DNA from: an uncultured Gemmatimonadota bacterium
GTDB lineage: Bacteria; JAAXHH01
Assembly (NCBI GenBank): GCA_951812955.1
Contig: OX638340.1
Location: 1,120,001-1,184,000, forward strand
Direction of reading: 5' to 3'
Length of the DNA: 64,000 bases
Each line of letters begins with the position of its first letter. Position 1 is the first letter of the stretch. The notes under the pieces are model-generated. The model was not told the origin of the DNA, made no database searches, and saw only the letters and a program-made list of their open reading frames with translations. A program made the translations under genes and the position numbers. Positions 45,764 through 55,057 of the stretch are shown piece after piece.

Positions 45764-48700
45764 TCAGCGGCCGGAGCCGTGCAGGCGCATGGCTTCTCTG
45801 AAACCCTCCTGAGAGACCCACCGCGTATTGTAGGTGTCCCGGTATTTCTGATGATCAACACTGTTCGGGTAATGGGCTTCGAGACCGTAAGGGTATCGGT
45901 CCATGCCGCGGAAGGGCAGGGGTTCGATCGTCGCCGCTGTCGCCGTGTTCAGGTCGCCTTCCTTGAGCCACCCATCGGTATGCAGAACGAAGTCCCTTTT
46001 CCAGCCCGGCGGTGGTTCGGGAAGGTCATTCGCTTCGAAGGTCACTGCGATTTCCTCTCCCGAACTGTAGACGACGTAACGGCTGTCCGATTTCCGCAAC
46101 AGGGCCGTGACATCACCGTACCGCGTCCTGTATCCCTCGAACGGCAGCCACTGCGGTTCGGCGCTCAGCGTCTGGTAGTCTCTGACGAAAGGACCGAGGG
46201 GCGCCGTCCGGTATTCCCGTGAGTAGCCGCGGTAGTGAAGATCGGCGGACAACGGTTGCAACCGGGTGATCGTTCTTTCGACCCGTTCCGGCTCGTCCAC
46301 GGTGAAAAAGGCCTCGCTCCAGTACAACTCCAGGTTGGTGGTGAGCCTGACGCGGTAGTCATCGGCGGGGAAATGGCCCGTCAGATCGACGAATATGGTC
46401 TTGTGTTCCCCCGAAGGAAAACCGGTGTATGGAATAACGGTACGCCATTGCCCTGCGCGGTCCGGCGTTTCCAGGTACGGCGGTATCACGGCGGTGTTAT
46501 TTCGCTGGGACAGGGCCAGGTTGGAGCTGGGCTCCACGGGCATGATCCAGCCGCAAAGGTACAGGTGGATCCGTTCGGCCCCGCTCAGATCTCCCAAATC
46601 CAGCGTGATCGAATGCGTCTCGGGAACGCCCTGGAATTCCCCGAGTTCGAAGTCACCCACGTACAGGCTGTCCCGTGCCGCGAGACGGGGCAGGATGTCG
46701 TTTCCATTGTGGTCTCGGGCGGCCAAGGGCGGGCGCGGGTCGGTCACGGTGTGGATCTCCAGTCCCGGATAGGGCGGCGGGAGGTACTTTTCATCTACGT
46801 AGATGTCTGTCTCCGCCGGGTGATCGACGACCAGCAATTCCATTTTATCCATGTACACCGCGTCCCATAACTCTTCTACGACACGGACTTCGAACTTTCC
46901 GTCCCGCTCCCGCAGTTGGTCACCCCGGATCTTCACGTAGTCGTTGGCCGCATCCGGATAGGCCGGTGCGCCGGTTTCCGTCAGGGCGCCGATTGCACTG
47001 CGTGTCATCAAGTGCGTGACGAACTCGTACCGCGCGCCGTTCCAAGTGTACAGCGACGGACAGGAGCCCTTAAGCCGCTGGGGTTCTACGATCAGCATGC
47101 GGGACTCCGGATCGATCCGGTTCTGGGGTACGCCGTTGCTCCAGATGACCCGGATAACGTCCGCCTTTTCGCGGCTGCCGAGACCTGCGTGGGAAATGGG
47201 CCCGTCGACCAGCAATGCCTGATAATGTGCGCCGGCGTTGACTTCGATGGTGGATCCAATGCCGTAGAAATTGTTCTTCCCGCTTCCTTCCAACGCCGCG
47301 GCGAGCCGTATGTTGAGCCACCCGTTCGCATTGCCGCCGTCATTGCGGAGCGCGATGATCCGGCCTTCGGACAGCAGCACGAGATCGAGATCGCCGTCGC
47401 CGTCCAGGTCGCTCTTTTCTACGGCTTCGACGTTGCCGGGCAGTTCCGGCAACAAGGCCGCCTGTTCCTCGAACCGGCCGTTCCCCAGGTTTCTGACCAG
47501 CCGGAGTCCGGAGCGTTCCGGGACCGACGTCCCGGCAAGGACCAGGTCGATGAACCCGTCGTTGTCGAAGTCGACAGGCCGAACAACGGCGGGATCAAGG
47601 CCTTCGCAGGCTCCGCCCAGTATCGCGGGTGTGTCCTGCCCGGCGAACCGTACGCCGCCTTCATTCCAGAACAACCTGCATCCATCGATTCCGGATCCCG
47701 CCATGAACAGATCCAGCGCGCCGTCGTTGTTGAAATCGGCGGCCGCGACCATATGCGCCTTGCCCCACCCGATGTCGCCGAACCGGTCCGTCCAGTCCAA
47801 CCACCTGCCCTGCCGTACGTTTCGGTAGAGCCGGTGCGATTCATCTTCAAACAGCGCGACCACGTCCACGGCTCCGTCCCGGTCGAAGTCTCCCCAGGCG
47901 AGCGCCTGACCGGCCGAAGGGAGAAAATCGCCTTCTGCCGCCCCGGCGGGAACGCCGCCTGCCGCCTCTTCGAAACCCGTGGAGGCCGTGGCTTCTTCAA
48001 ACAGTCCGTCCTCCGTATGACGGTAGAACCGGAGCGTCCTCATGTCGGACACCAGGATGTCCAGGTCGCCGTCGTGGTCGAAATCCACTCGCGCAACGGA
48101 TACCGGTGAAGTCGATCCGGTCCATTCAAAGGACTGCGCGAGGACGTAGGTTCCGTCTCCTGCATTATGAAACACCCGCGACTGCCCCGATCCGGCGGCG
48201 AACAGGTCGGCGTCGCCGTCGTTGTCGAAGTCGCCCGTTGCCAGCCTGAAGTCGCCCGTTGCCGGCCCGATATCCGCATCCTCCCCTCCCCTGGCCCAGG
48301 GGATCGAAACCGATTCCCAACCTTCTACTCGGTTGCGCAGCACGACCAGCGCACCTGTACCCGCCAGCACCAGATCCGGGCGGCCGTCCCCGTCCACGTC
48401 CGGCAGCGCCAGGTCTGTCCACGTCCCCGGCGCTTGAAGCGATGCCCCGATCAACGCGTCACCCGCGTCCACGAACCGCATGTCGACGAGGGAGTCCGCG
48501 TCCATGACGGCGAGGCCGGGCGGTGCCGAACGGAAATTGTAGAGCGGTGGCGACTGCTGCGTTGGATCTCCCAGTCGATCCCGAGACCGGCGGTAGGACG
48601 GATCCACGACGAGCAGGTTGCCCAGGATCCCCGCGTTGAATTCGGCTTCGTCAGCGTCCCTACGTTTCAGCGCGTCAAGTGTCCTGTCGAGCCAGGTCCG

Positions 48701-49330
48701 TACATCGTCCGAAAGGGGGACGAGCAACGAGGCCATCCGATCATACCCTTCGACGGCCTCGACGATCCTGCCCATACGGACCAGGGTCTGGTTCAGCTCG
48801 ACGAGTAAGGCCAGGTTGTCCGGTTCGTACGCGAGCATCGCCCGCAACTCGTCCAGTGCATCTTCATCCCGGTGGGCCGGTCCCCGCTGCCTTCTCATTT
48901 CAGTTAGATACTTGTACCTGAGCACCACGTTGGACTCGTTGTGTCCGACCGCGTGCGCAAGCATGTCAAGGGCGCGTTCGCGGTCTCCCCTCGCAGCCGC
49001 GATATCGGACCGGATGGAAAGGACTTCCCCATCCTGCGGGGCGAGATCCGAGGCCCGGTCTATGGCCGCTTCGGCGTTCTCTAAATCCTGCAGTTTCAGC
49101 AGCGCAATGGCCATGTTCGCGTGACCGAGGGGTTCTCGGGGCACCAGCCGGACCAGCGTCTGGAAGGAACCTGCCGCGCCTTCCGGATCATTCCGGTAAA
49201 GATAGGCCAGGCCGGTGTTCTTCTCGGACAGGGCTTCCACCCATACGTCGCGGGAAGGGGATGTATCACCGCATCCCGCGAGCAGGAAAGCGGCCAGTGA
49301 GAACCCGAAAATGGCGGTTGATGTCCGCAT
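45764..49330 (-). CDS. Large lipoprotein with N-terminal TPR, FG-GAP/VCBS repeats and an ASPIC/UnbV domain (CRTAC1-like)
   Basis: ATG at 49330 (GAGGGA SD) gives MRTSTAIFGFSLAAFLLAGCG. Repeated D.D.DGD.D units (GDFDNDGDADLF, VDFDHDGDLDIL, ADFNNDGALDLF, DLDGDGDLDLV). ASPIC-like IGSTIEVNAGAHYQ...VIRVIWSNG. Confidence 0.8.
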   Translation of the reverse strand: MRTSTAIFGFSLAAFLLAGCGDTSPSRDVWVEALSEKNTGLAYLYRNDPEGAAGSFQTLVRLVPREPLGHANMAIALLKLQDLENAEAAIDRASDLAPQDGEVLSIRSDIAAARGDRERALDMLAHAVGHNESNVVLRYKYLTEMRRQRGPAHRDEDALDELRAMLAYEPDNLALLVELNQTLVRMGRIVEAVEGYDRMASLLVPLSDDVRTWLDRTLDALKRRDADEAEFNAGILGNLLVVDPSYRRSRDRLGDPTQQSPPLYNFRSAPPGLAVMDADSLVDMRFVDAGDALIGASLQAPGTWTDLALPDVDGDGRPDLVLAGTGALVVLRNRVEGWESVSIPWARGGEDADIGPATGDFRLATGDFDNDGDADLFAAGSGQSRVFHNAGDGTYVLAQSFEWTGSTSPVSVARVDFDHDGDLDILVSDMRTLRFYRHTEDGLFEEATASTGFEEAAGGVPAGAAEGDFLPSAGQALAWGDFDRDGAVDVVALFEDESHRLYRNVRQGRWLDWTDRFGDIGWGKAHMVAAADFNNDGALDLFMAGSGIDGCRLFWNEGGVRFAGQDTPAILGGACEGLDPAVVRPVDFDNDGFIDLVLAGTSVPERSGLRLVRNLGNGRFEEQAALLPELPGNVEAVEKSDLDGDGDLDLVLLSEGRIIALRNDGGNANGWLNIRLAAALEGSGKNNFYGIGSTIEVNAGAHYQALLVDGPISHAGLGSREKADVIRVIWSNGVPQNRIDPESRMLIVEPQRLKGSCPSLYTWNGARYEFVTHLMTRSAIGALTETGAPAYPDAANDYVKIRGDQLRERDGKFEVRVVEELWDAVYMDKMELLVVDHPAETDIYVDEKYLPPPYPGLEIHTVTDPRPPLAARDHNGNDILPRLAARDSLYVGDFELGEFQGVPETHSITLDLGDLSGAERIHLYLCGWIMPVEPSSNLALSQRNNTAVIPPYLETPDRAGQWRTVIPYTGFPSGEHKTIFVDLTGHFPADDYRVRLTTNLELYWSEAFFTVDEPERVERTITRLQPLSADLHYRGYSREYRTAPLGPFVRDYQTLSAEPQWLPFEGYRTRYGDVTALLRKSDSRYVVYSSGEEIAVTFEANDLPEPPPGWKRDFVLHTDGWLKEGDLNTATAATIEPLPFRGMDRYPYGLEAHYPNSVDHQKYRDTYNTRWVSQEGFREAMRLHGSGR

Positions 49331-49355
49331 CTTGCGTCCCTCTGATCTCAAAGGA

Positions 49356-50102
49356 TCAAAACCGGTTGATGACCATCAGTTCGCTGCCGCCGCCACGCGC
49401 CACGCGCTTCACGGCTATGGCGATCCTGTTTTCCCTGTCAAGGGCGTTCCAGTACGTCCCCATGACCTCTTCCGCTCCGCCTCGCAAGGGCATGACCAGG
49501 GGATCGCCCGTAAACCCCGGCAACGGATCGCCGTCGCCCATGTAGGTCGTCAGGCACAGTCCCAGTCCTGCCGGAGGTGGCGTCGGAGCGTAGGTCGCGC
49601 GGTCGGTGTGGGCGGGATCGACGGGATTTGCTCTGAGCACGCTCAAGGAAACGGCGGGCGTCCCGGTCAGGTCCAGCATGCCGCTGATACGGGGCGTGTA
49701 GTTCGGCGCGTCCGGCTCCCGTTCCCTCGTGGCCAGGGCGGCGTCGAAGGTGCCGCCCCTGGTCAATGCATCTCGGATCGTCAGAGACTGGTCGCCGTTG
49801 GCGACGATATAAAGACCCGGCAGCTCGAGCATGGCCGGATAGATGATCAGATCGGGATTGTCCAGCCTGGATGGATCGGCCGGCATGGTCCGAAGTTCGG
49901 CCCCGTCGACGATGAACCGACGGTTACGGCTGCGCTCGCTCCGGCCCATGATCCAGTAGACTACGAGCCAGGCATCGTCTTCGGCCGTACGGCCGATGAT
50001 CAGGCCCCGCCCAGGGTAGCGGTTACCGTCGATATGCCGAGAAAAGTTCTGATCCGGGCTCAGCCTGGCGTGCATGGGGCGTTCGTTAACCGGTCCTGTC
50101 AT
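49356..50102 (-). CDS. PurO-like protein (archaeal-type IMP cyclohydrolase family fold)
   Basis: YPGRGLIIGR...VYWIMGRSERSRNRRF...IVANGDQS...EPDAPNYTPRISG matches my recollection of the PurO pattern (YLGRI.AVG...YRVSSRSFPNR...SNG.HT...NTPRIA). The ATG overlaps the stop of the ATPase gene (ATGA). Confidence 0.6.
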   Translation of the reverse strand: MTGPVNERPMHARLSPDQNFSRHIDGNRYPGRGLIIGRTAEDDAWLVVYWIMGRSERSRNRRFIVDGAELRTMPADPSRLDNPDLIIYPAMLELPGLYIVANGDQSLTIRDALTRGGTFDAALATREREPDAPNYTPRISGMLDLTGTPAVSLSVLRANPVDPAHTDRATYAPTPPPAGLGLCLTTYMGDGDPLPGFTGDPLVMPLRGGAEEVMGTYWNALDRENRIAIAVKRVARGGGSELMVINRF

Positions 50103-51253
50103 TTGAAAAGGCTCAATTGATCGGGGCTGATGTCGAGGGTTCTCTCCGAAGGTGCCCGGTCCGGTGCGATATCGCGTTCCAGGAGCAACAAGGCGTCCCT
50201 CACGTCTTCAGCCATCTCCGCATCCGAACCTTCGTGGACGGGTTTCAACAGCAGGACTTCCTCCCGTTCGATACCGGGGTCGGATAGCAGGGCCGCGCTG
50301 TGCGTGCTGATCAACACCTGCCTGCCGGCGTTCCGCTGCATGCGGAGAATCAATACGGCGAGTCGGTTGACGATGCCCGAATGGAGACAGAGCTCGGGTT
50401 CCTCCAGCAACAGCAGTGAATCCCCTTCGAGGAGTGCCCACAACATGCCGATAAGGCGCAGCGTTCCGTCGGAAAACTGGTCTTCCCGCTGTATACCCGC
50501 CCGAGGCCGCCAGTGGGCGTATAGCGCCTGGAGATGGGGACGTCCGGTCTCCCGGTCTCGTACGAATTCGAGTTGTTCGAGCCGAGGCACGGCCAACTTG
50601 AGCACCTCCTCGATCCGGGACAGGCGGGCCTTGCGGGTCCGGTCATGCTCCCGTGCGATTCTGTCCAGGAAATCCTGGCCGTATGGATCGCCTTCGAGTG
50701 TTTGACCACCGATCAGATCCGTGTGGCGTAGAAGCGACGGTACCAGGTGATGGTAGGTGATGGCTTGAAAGAACCGGGCTATGTCCCGGAAATCACGGTT
50801 GGCGGTGATCTGTTCGAGGTAGGTCTGGGTAAGCCGCACGATGTCTTCCCGGTCGTCCTCGTTCGGCCTTTCGAGAATGACGGCCTCGTCCCTGATCACC
50901 CGTTCGAGCGTGATCAGCGTATGCCGGTTCCCCCGGGCCTGCTGCTTGAGCCCGAGTTCGTAGCGCCAGGTCTCATGCCCGTCTGCCGGATCGGAAAATC
51001 GGACCTCGATGGCGATATCGGGATCCCTGCGCGCGGCGAGATTCCGGATCTTGGTCATTCCGCCCCGGTCCGCGACCGCCTTCTGCAGTCCGCCGCCCTC
51101 GATCTTGGCGATATCCCGGAGGAACCGGAATACGTCCATCAGGTTGGACTTCCCGGACGCGTTGGGTCCGACGACGAACTGTCTTTCTCTCAGATCGGCG
51201 TCGATCCGCGGGAAATTTCGCCAGTTTCTGACTTTAATGTGACTCACGTACAT
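50099..51253 (-). CDS. ABC/SMC-type AAA ATPase (AAA_15/AAA_21-like)
   Basis: ATG at 51253 with GGAG 6 nt upstream. MYVSHIKVRNWRNF..., Walker A GPNASGKSN, signature-like FSDGTLR, Walker B LLLLEEPE, H-loop LISTHS. Confidence 0.8.
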   Translation of the reverse strand: MYVSHIKVRNWRNFPRIDADLRERQFVVGPNASGKSNLMDVFRFLRDIAKIEGGGLQKAVADRGGMTKIRNLAARRDPDIAIEVRFSDPADGHETWRYELGLKQQARGNRHTLITLERVIRDEAVILERPNEDDREDIVRLTQTYLEQITANRDFRDIARFFQAITYHHLVPSLLRHTDLIGGQTLEGDPYGQDFLDRIAREHDRTRKARLSRIEEVLKLAVPRLEQLEFVRDRETGRPHLQALYAHWRPRAGIQREDQFSDGTLRLIGMLWALLEGDSLLLLEEPELCLHSGIVNRLAVLILRMQRNAGRQVLISTHSAALLSDPGIEREEVLLLKPVHEGSDAEMAEDVRDALLLLERDIAPDRAPSERTLDISPDQLSLFK

Positions 51254-51277
51254 GTGCCGCTCCGGCAATCCGGTGTA

Positions 51278-52468
51278 TTAGTCGAAGAATCCCTGGTCGT
51301 CCTCCTTCAGGTAGGGCAGCGTCTTGTCCGGTACCAGGTCGACCCCCAGGCCGGGTCTGTCCCACACATCGATGTAACCGTCCTTCACGATCGGGTCCGG
51401 CAGGCCCTCCACGATGTCGTACCACCAGGCGGGGTTGCCGACGGGATATTCGAAGGCGATGTAGTTGGGCGGCATGGCGGCCGATGCGTGCACCAGCGCC
51501 GCCAGGCCGATCAGGCCGTCGATGACGCCGTGGGGCGCCATTAGCACGCCGTGGAGATCAGCGTATTCGGCGATCCACTTGAGCTCGGCGATCCCGCCCA
51601 CGTCGGCGGGATCGGGACCCACCACGTCCACGGCGCGTTTCTCGATGAGGTCGACGAAGTTTTCCCTGAGATAGATCTGTTCCCCCGTGTGGATGGGCGT
51701 GGACGTCTTCGAATTCACCTCCCGGTACAGGTCGGCCAGGACATAGGGCGTATAGTCTCCGGTGATCATGTCTTCCAGCCACATTATATGCAGATGTTCC
51801 ACGGCTTTTGCGAGGCGCATGGCGTCTGGAACAAGCATGCCCGGCCCGCAATCGAGCGCCAGTCCCACTTCGTCGCCGAGGACCGCTTTCATAGCCTCGA
51901 TGCAGGCCACCAGGTGCTTCAGGCCCTTTTCGGTGAGCGGGCCGCGATTGCCGTGAAATCCGTGACGCTGCAGGTCGCCGTAGAAGAAGTCGGGGACCTG
52001 GGACGGCATCTGGCTATGGAAACTGATGCCCTGTTTGATGATGGTGAATCCTTCAGGCGCCGCCTTCATCCTGGCCATGTCCTCGGCGTAGTCATCCACG
52101 GTTGATCCCTTCATGGGAAACCGTACGGCCCCGTTGTAGACCCGGACCCGGTCCCGCATCTTGCCGCCGAGCAACTTGTACACCGGCAGGCCCGCCGCCT
52201 TGCCGGCGATGTCCCACAGGGCCATCTCGATTGCGCTTACCGAGCTGCCCCACGGCTTGAAACTGCCCAGCCGTCGTATACTCGCGATGACTCTGTTTAC
52301 GTCCGTGGGATCCTGGCCGATGATGAAATCCCGATAGAAGAGGACATGGGGTTTCAGGTAGTGCTTGGAGTTCTCTATCTGTCCAAGCCCGTGGATCCCC
52401 TCGTCCGTGGTGATCCGTACCACGGGGTTCTGGCCGATCACGGCGCATTTCAGGTCGGTGATTCTCAT
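51278..52468 (-). CDS. Enolase-superfamily enzyme (mannonate/galactonate dehydratase-like subgroup)
   Basis: ATG at 52468 (MRITDLKCAVIG...). IEMALWDIAGKAAGLPVYKLLGGKMRDRVRVY, LALDCGPG, MWLEDM, IHTGEQ. Confidence 0.85.
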   Translation of the reverse strand: MRITDLKCAVIGQNPVVRITTDEGIHGLGQIENSKHYLKPHVLFYRDFIIGQDPTDVNRVIASIRRLGSFKPWGSSVSAIEMALWDIAGKAAGLPVYKLLGGKMRDRVRVYNGAVRFPMKGSTVDDYAEDMARMKAAPEGFTIIKQGISFHSQMPSQVPDFFYGDLQRHGFHGNRGPLTEKGLKHLVACIEAMKAVLGDEVGLALDCGPGMLVPDAMRLAKAVEHLHIMWLEDMITGDYTPYVLADLYREVNSKTSTPIHTGEQIYLRENFVDLIEKRAVDVVGPDPADVGGIAELKWIAEYADLHGVLMAPHGVIDGLIGLAALVHASAAMPPNYIAFEYPVGNPAWWYDIVEGLPDPIVKDGYIDVWDRPGLGVDLVPDKTLPYLKEDDQGFFD

Positions 52469-53343
52469 GCTGGATTCCCTTTCGACTGCAACCGTTTCTC
52501 CCATCCTGCCGGTTTGCCCGCTTCATCCCATGCCTTCATTTCGTCCAACAGGCGTTCAACGACTTTCTTTGGCCCCTGGAATCCTCCCTGGCGTTTCATT
52601 TCGCAGACCCCTTCCGACAACTGATCCTCGTATTCCGCTATGGGACCGGCACCGGGTGTCCAGGACGCGTAGGACGTGCAGTACCGCTGGAACATCGTGC
52701 GACGCGGCGGATCGTGCAGGGGCCAGGGGAGCGCGCCGTGACAAAGCGCTTCGGTGAAAATGACGGCGTCCCCGGCGTTGACGGGAACATTGACCACTGC
52801 AGGCGGACCGGAGCGGATGTTAATGTGCTCCGGCCGTTCGAAATAGGTCTTGTGGCTACCCGGTATGCAGACGAATCCGGCCCCGTCGGGAACGTCCACG
52901 AGGGAAATGGCCGCGTTGATGAAGGTGGCGAACACTTCGCCATCCGCCGCCTGGTAATCGTTGGCCGGGTTTCTCCACGCCCCGGAGACACCGTTGTGCA
53001 GCGTGATCTCGTCGCTGTCCGGCAGATTCACGGTGAGTGCGGACAGGAGGTGCTGGGGTCGCTGCCGGGTCAGTGCGAGCACGACGCGCATGATCGGCAG
53101 GTTAAGGACCAACCGGTCGAAAACCGGGTCGGCGTACTCGGCGTGGAGAATGGCCCGCGCGGCCGTCGATTTTTTCCTGGGATCCTCATAGGAACAGAGC
53201 GGCGGCGGCAGTTCGTCTTCGTCCATGCCGTGCCACGCGTCGCACCGGGCGATCATGTGTTCCAGATCCTCCTGGGGAACAACCCGGCGGAGAACCAGGT
53301 AACCATGCAAGTCGAACAGCCACTTTTCTTTGTCTGTGAGCAT
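52465..53343 (-). CDS. PhyH-family Fe(II)/2OG oxygenase homolog with an H-x-G variant of the iron-binding motif
   Basis: GYLVLRRVV start, ITLHNG at the position where the family has H-x-D/E, VDVPDGAGFVCIPGSHK, and distal VIFTEALCHGALP. Its stop overlaps the start of the enolase gene (ATGA). Confidence 0.75.
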   Translation of the reverse strand: MLTDKEKWLFDLHGYLVLRRVVPQEDLEHMIARCDAWHGMDEDELPPPLCSYEDPRKKSTAARAILHAEYADPVFDRLVLNLPIMRVVLALTRQRPQHLLSALTVNLPDSDEITLHNGVSGAWRNPANDYQAADGEVFATFINAAISLVDVPDGAGFVCIPGSHKTYFERPEHINIRSGPPAVVNVPVNAGDAVIFTEALCHGALPWPLHDPPRRTMFQRYCTSYASWTPGAGPIAEYEDQLSEGVCEMKRQGGFQGPKKVVERLLDEMKAWDEAGKPAGWEKRLQSKGNPA

Positions 53344-53439
53344 CGGGTGAAATTCGTTTGATGTGAACCGGGTGCCGGAATCCGTCGCGGGCGAGGCTCC
53401 ACGCTGGTCTACGCTAATTTACCAGTTTGCGGGCGCTCG

Positions 53440-54888
53440 TCAATTCACATACGCGTTGTGGAACTCGATCCACTTCGGAAGGACTTCCTCGATTACTTCC
53501 CTGGGCGGCAGGAACGCGATCCTCAGGTGACTGGTGCCCGGTTGCTGTCCGAATCCTGCCCCGTTGACCGTGACCAGCCCGGTCCGATCCAGAAGTCCCA
53601 TACAATAATCGAAATCGTCCGTTCCGTCCGGCAGTCCGTCCAGCCGGGGGAACAGGTACATCGCCCCGGTCCGCCCGAAACAGGAAACGCCGTCCATATG
53701 ATCGAATCCCGCCCTTATCATGACCGCCTTGTCGTGGAGGTCTTCGAGGATCTTCCGCCGCTCATGCGTGAAACGGCGGTAGGGCGCCGTGTTCTCCGGC
53801 GGGGGATTGACCAGCAGGTACATCATCAACTGCCCGACCGTGTTCGAGCAGATATTCACCGAAGCCTGTTTAAGCACGAGGTCCGTGAATGACAGATCGG
53901 TGTTCCGAATGCGCGGAGCGTTTCTGATCTCGAGGTATCCGCCCCGGTGGCCGCACTCGCCGTAGAATCCCTTCGAGGTGCTGTGGACGCTGAAGAGCGG
54001 TACGTCGCCCCGGCCCAGCACCCGGGCGAAGGATACGAATCCCGCGTCCGCGTCGTAGACGTTTTCCTGGTAGACCTCGTCGGCGATGATGGCCAGGTCG
54101 TTGTCCCCTGCGAAAGCGATGACCTCCCTGACGGTCTCTTCGTCCAGTACGGCGCCCGTCGGGTTTCCCGGATTGATGACCACCATGGCCTTGACGGTCA
54201 CGCCGCGCTTCCGCGCGCCTTCCAAAGACGAATCCAGCAGATTCCGGTCCATGGCCCAGCCCGATTCCTCGTCGAGGAAATAGTCGACCTGCGTGCCGCC
54301 GCAACGCTTGATGGCGGCGGAATACAGCGGATACTGAGGTATGGGAATCATGACGCCGTCGGATTCGTCGTCAATCAACAGGTCGATGACGTAACGCACC
54401 GCTTCGCTGGCGCCGTTGGTGATGAATATCTGTTCCGGATCGGAACGGGGAACAGAGCCACTGACCGCTCCGTCTCTCCGGTCGATAAATCCCGCCACGG
54501 CTTCCCGGATGAACCGCGGTCCGCTGCTGTCCGAGTAGGCGCCCATGCCGGTTTCCAACTGCGACAGGTAGTTTTCGCTGAGTTCGAGCACGTAATCGGA
54601 GTGGAAGTCGTCCCTTTCCAGTCCGTGCAGGTCAGCACCGTTGAACAGTGTTTTAAGTCGCCGTTCACGCTCGATTCGAATGGGGTGTTCGACCAGGCTC
54701 AGCACCTCCCGGTAGAAGGAGACGGGCTGCTGCCCAAGCGCCTGGGGATTGCCGAGGTTGCACGGAATGATGCGTCTGCCTTGTTGCTTCAGTTCGGCTG
54801 CCCGACTGGGAATCGGTCCCCGCACGGCGTACTCCATTTCGAGTATCCTTCGGTTGACCGTCATGTCCCGGGGCTTTATCGAACCCAT
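53440..54888 (-). CDS. Alanine aminotransferase-like PLP aminotransferase (class I/II, long eukaryote-like subtype)
   Basis: EYAVRGPI...LGNPQALGQQP start, VINPGNPTG, ADEVYQENVY, STSKGFYGECGHRGGY (PLP Lys). Confidence 0.85.
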   Translation of the reverse strand: MGSIKPRDMTVNRRILEMEYAVRGPIPSRAAELKQQGRRIIPCNLGNPQALGQQPVSFYREVLSLVEHPIRIERERRLKTLFNGADLHGLERDDFHSDYVLELSENYLSQLETGMGAYSDSSGPRFIREAVAGFIDRRDGAVSGSVPRSDPEQIFITNGASEAVRYVIDLLIDDESDGVMIPIPQYPLYSAAIKRCGGTQVDYFLDEESGWAMDRNLLDSSLEGARKRGVTVKAMVVINPGNPTGAVLDEETVREVIAFAGDNDLAIIADEVYQENVYDADAGFVSFARVLGRGDVPLFSVHSTSKGFYGECGHRGGYLEIRNAPRIRNTDLSFTDLVLKQASVNICSNTVGQLMMYLLVNPPPENTAPYRRFTHERRKILEDLHDKAVMIRAGFDHMDGVSCFGRTGAMYLFPRLDGLPDGTDDFDYCMGLLDRTGLVTVNGAGFGQQPGTSHLRIAFLPPREVIEEVLPKWIEFHNAYVN

Positions 54889-55057
54889 CCCGCAAACTCC
54901 ATTGCCAGATTCTACGTGGTCATACTGCGAACGCTACAATTTCAATCTATAGCGATCGGCAGGGAAATACAATAGGAGCGCTGTGTCAGAGGATCAATTA
55001 TAGAATAAGGTAGGTATGGGCGCTAAGTCCGCATCGTTCTTCCATGTGATCGAACTA

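Noticed and set aside
46916-48109. 397-aa plus-strand ORF (and neighbours 46235..46870 and 48167..48808)
   Set aside because: Antisense to the FG-GAP/ASPIC lipoprotein gene. Low-complexity, Arg/Pro/Gly/Val-rich translation with no recognisable domain.
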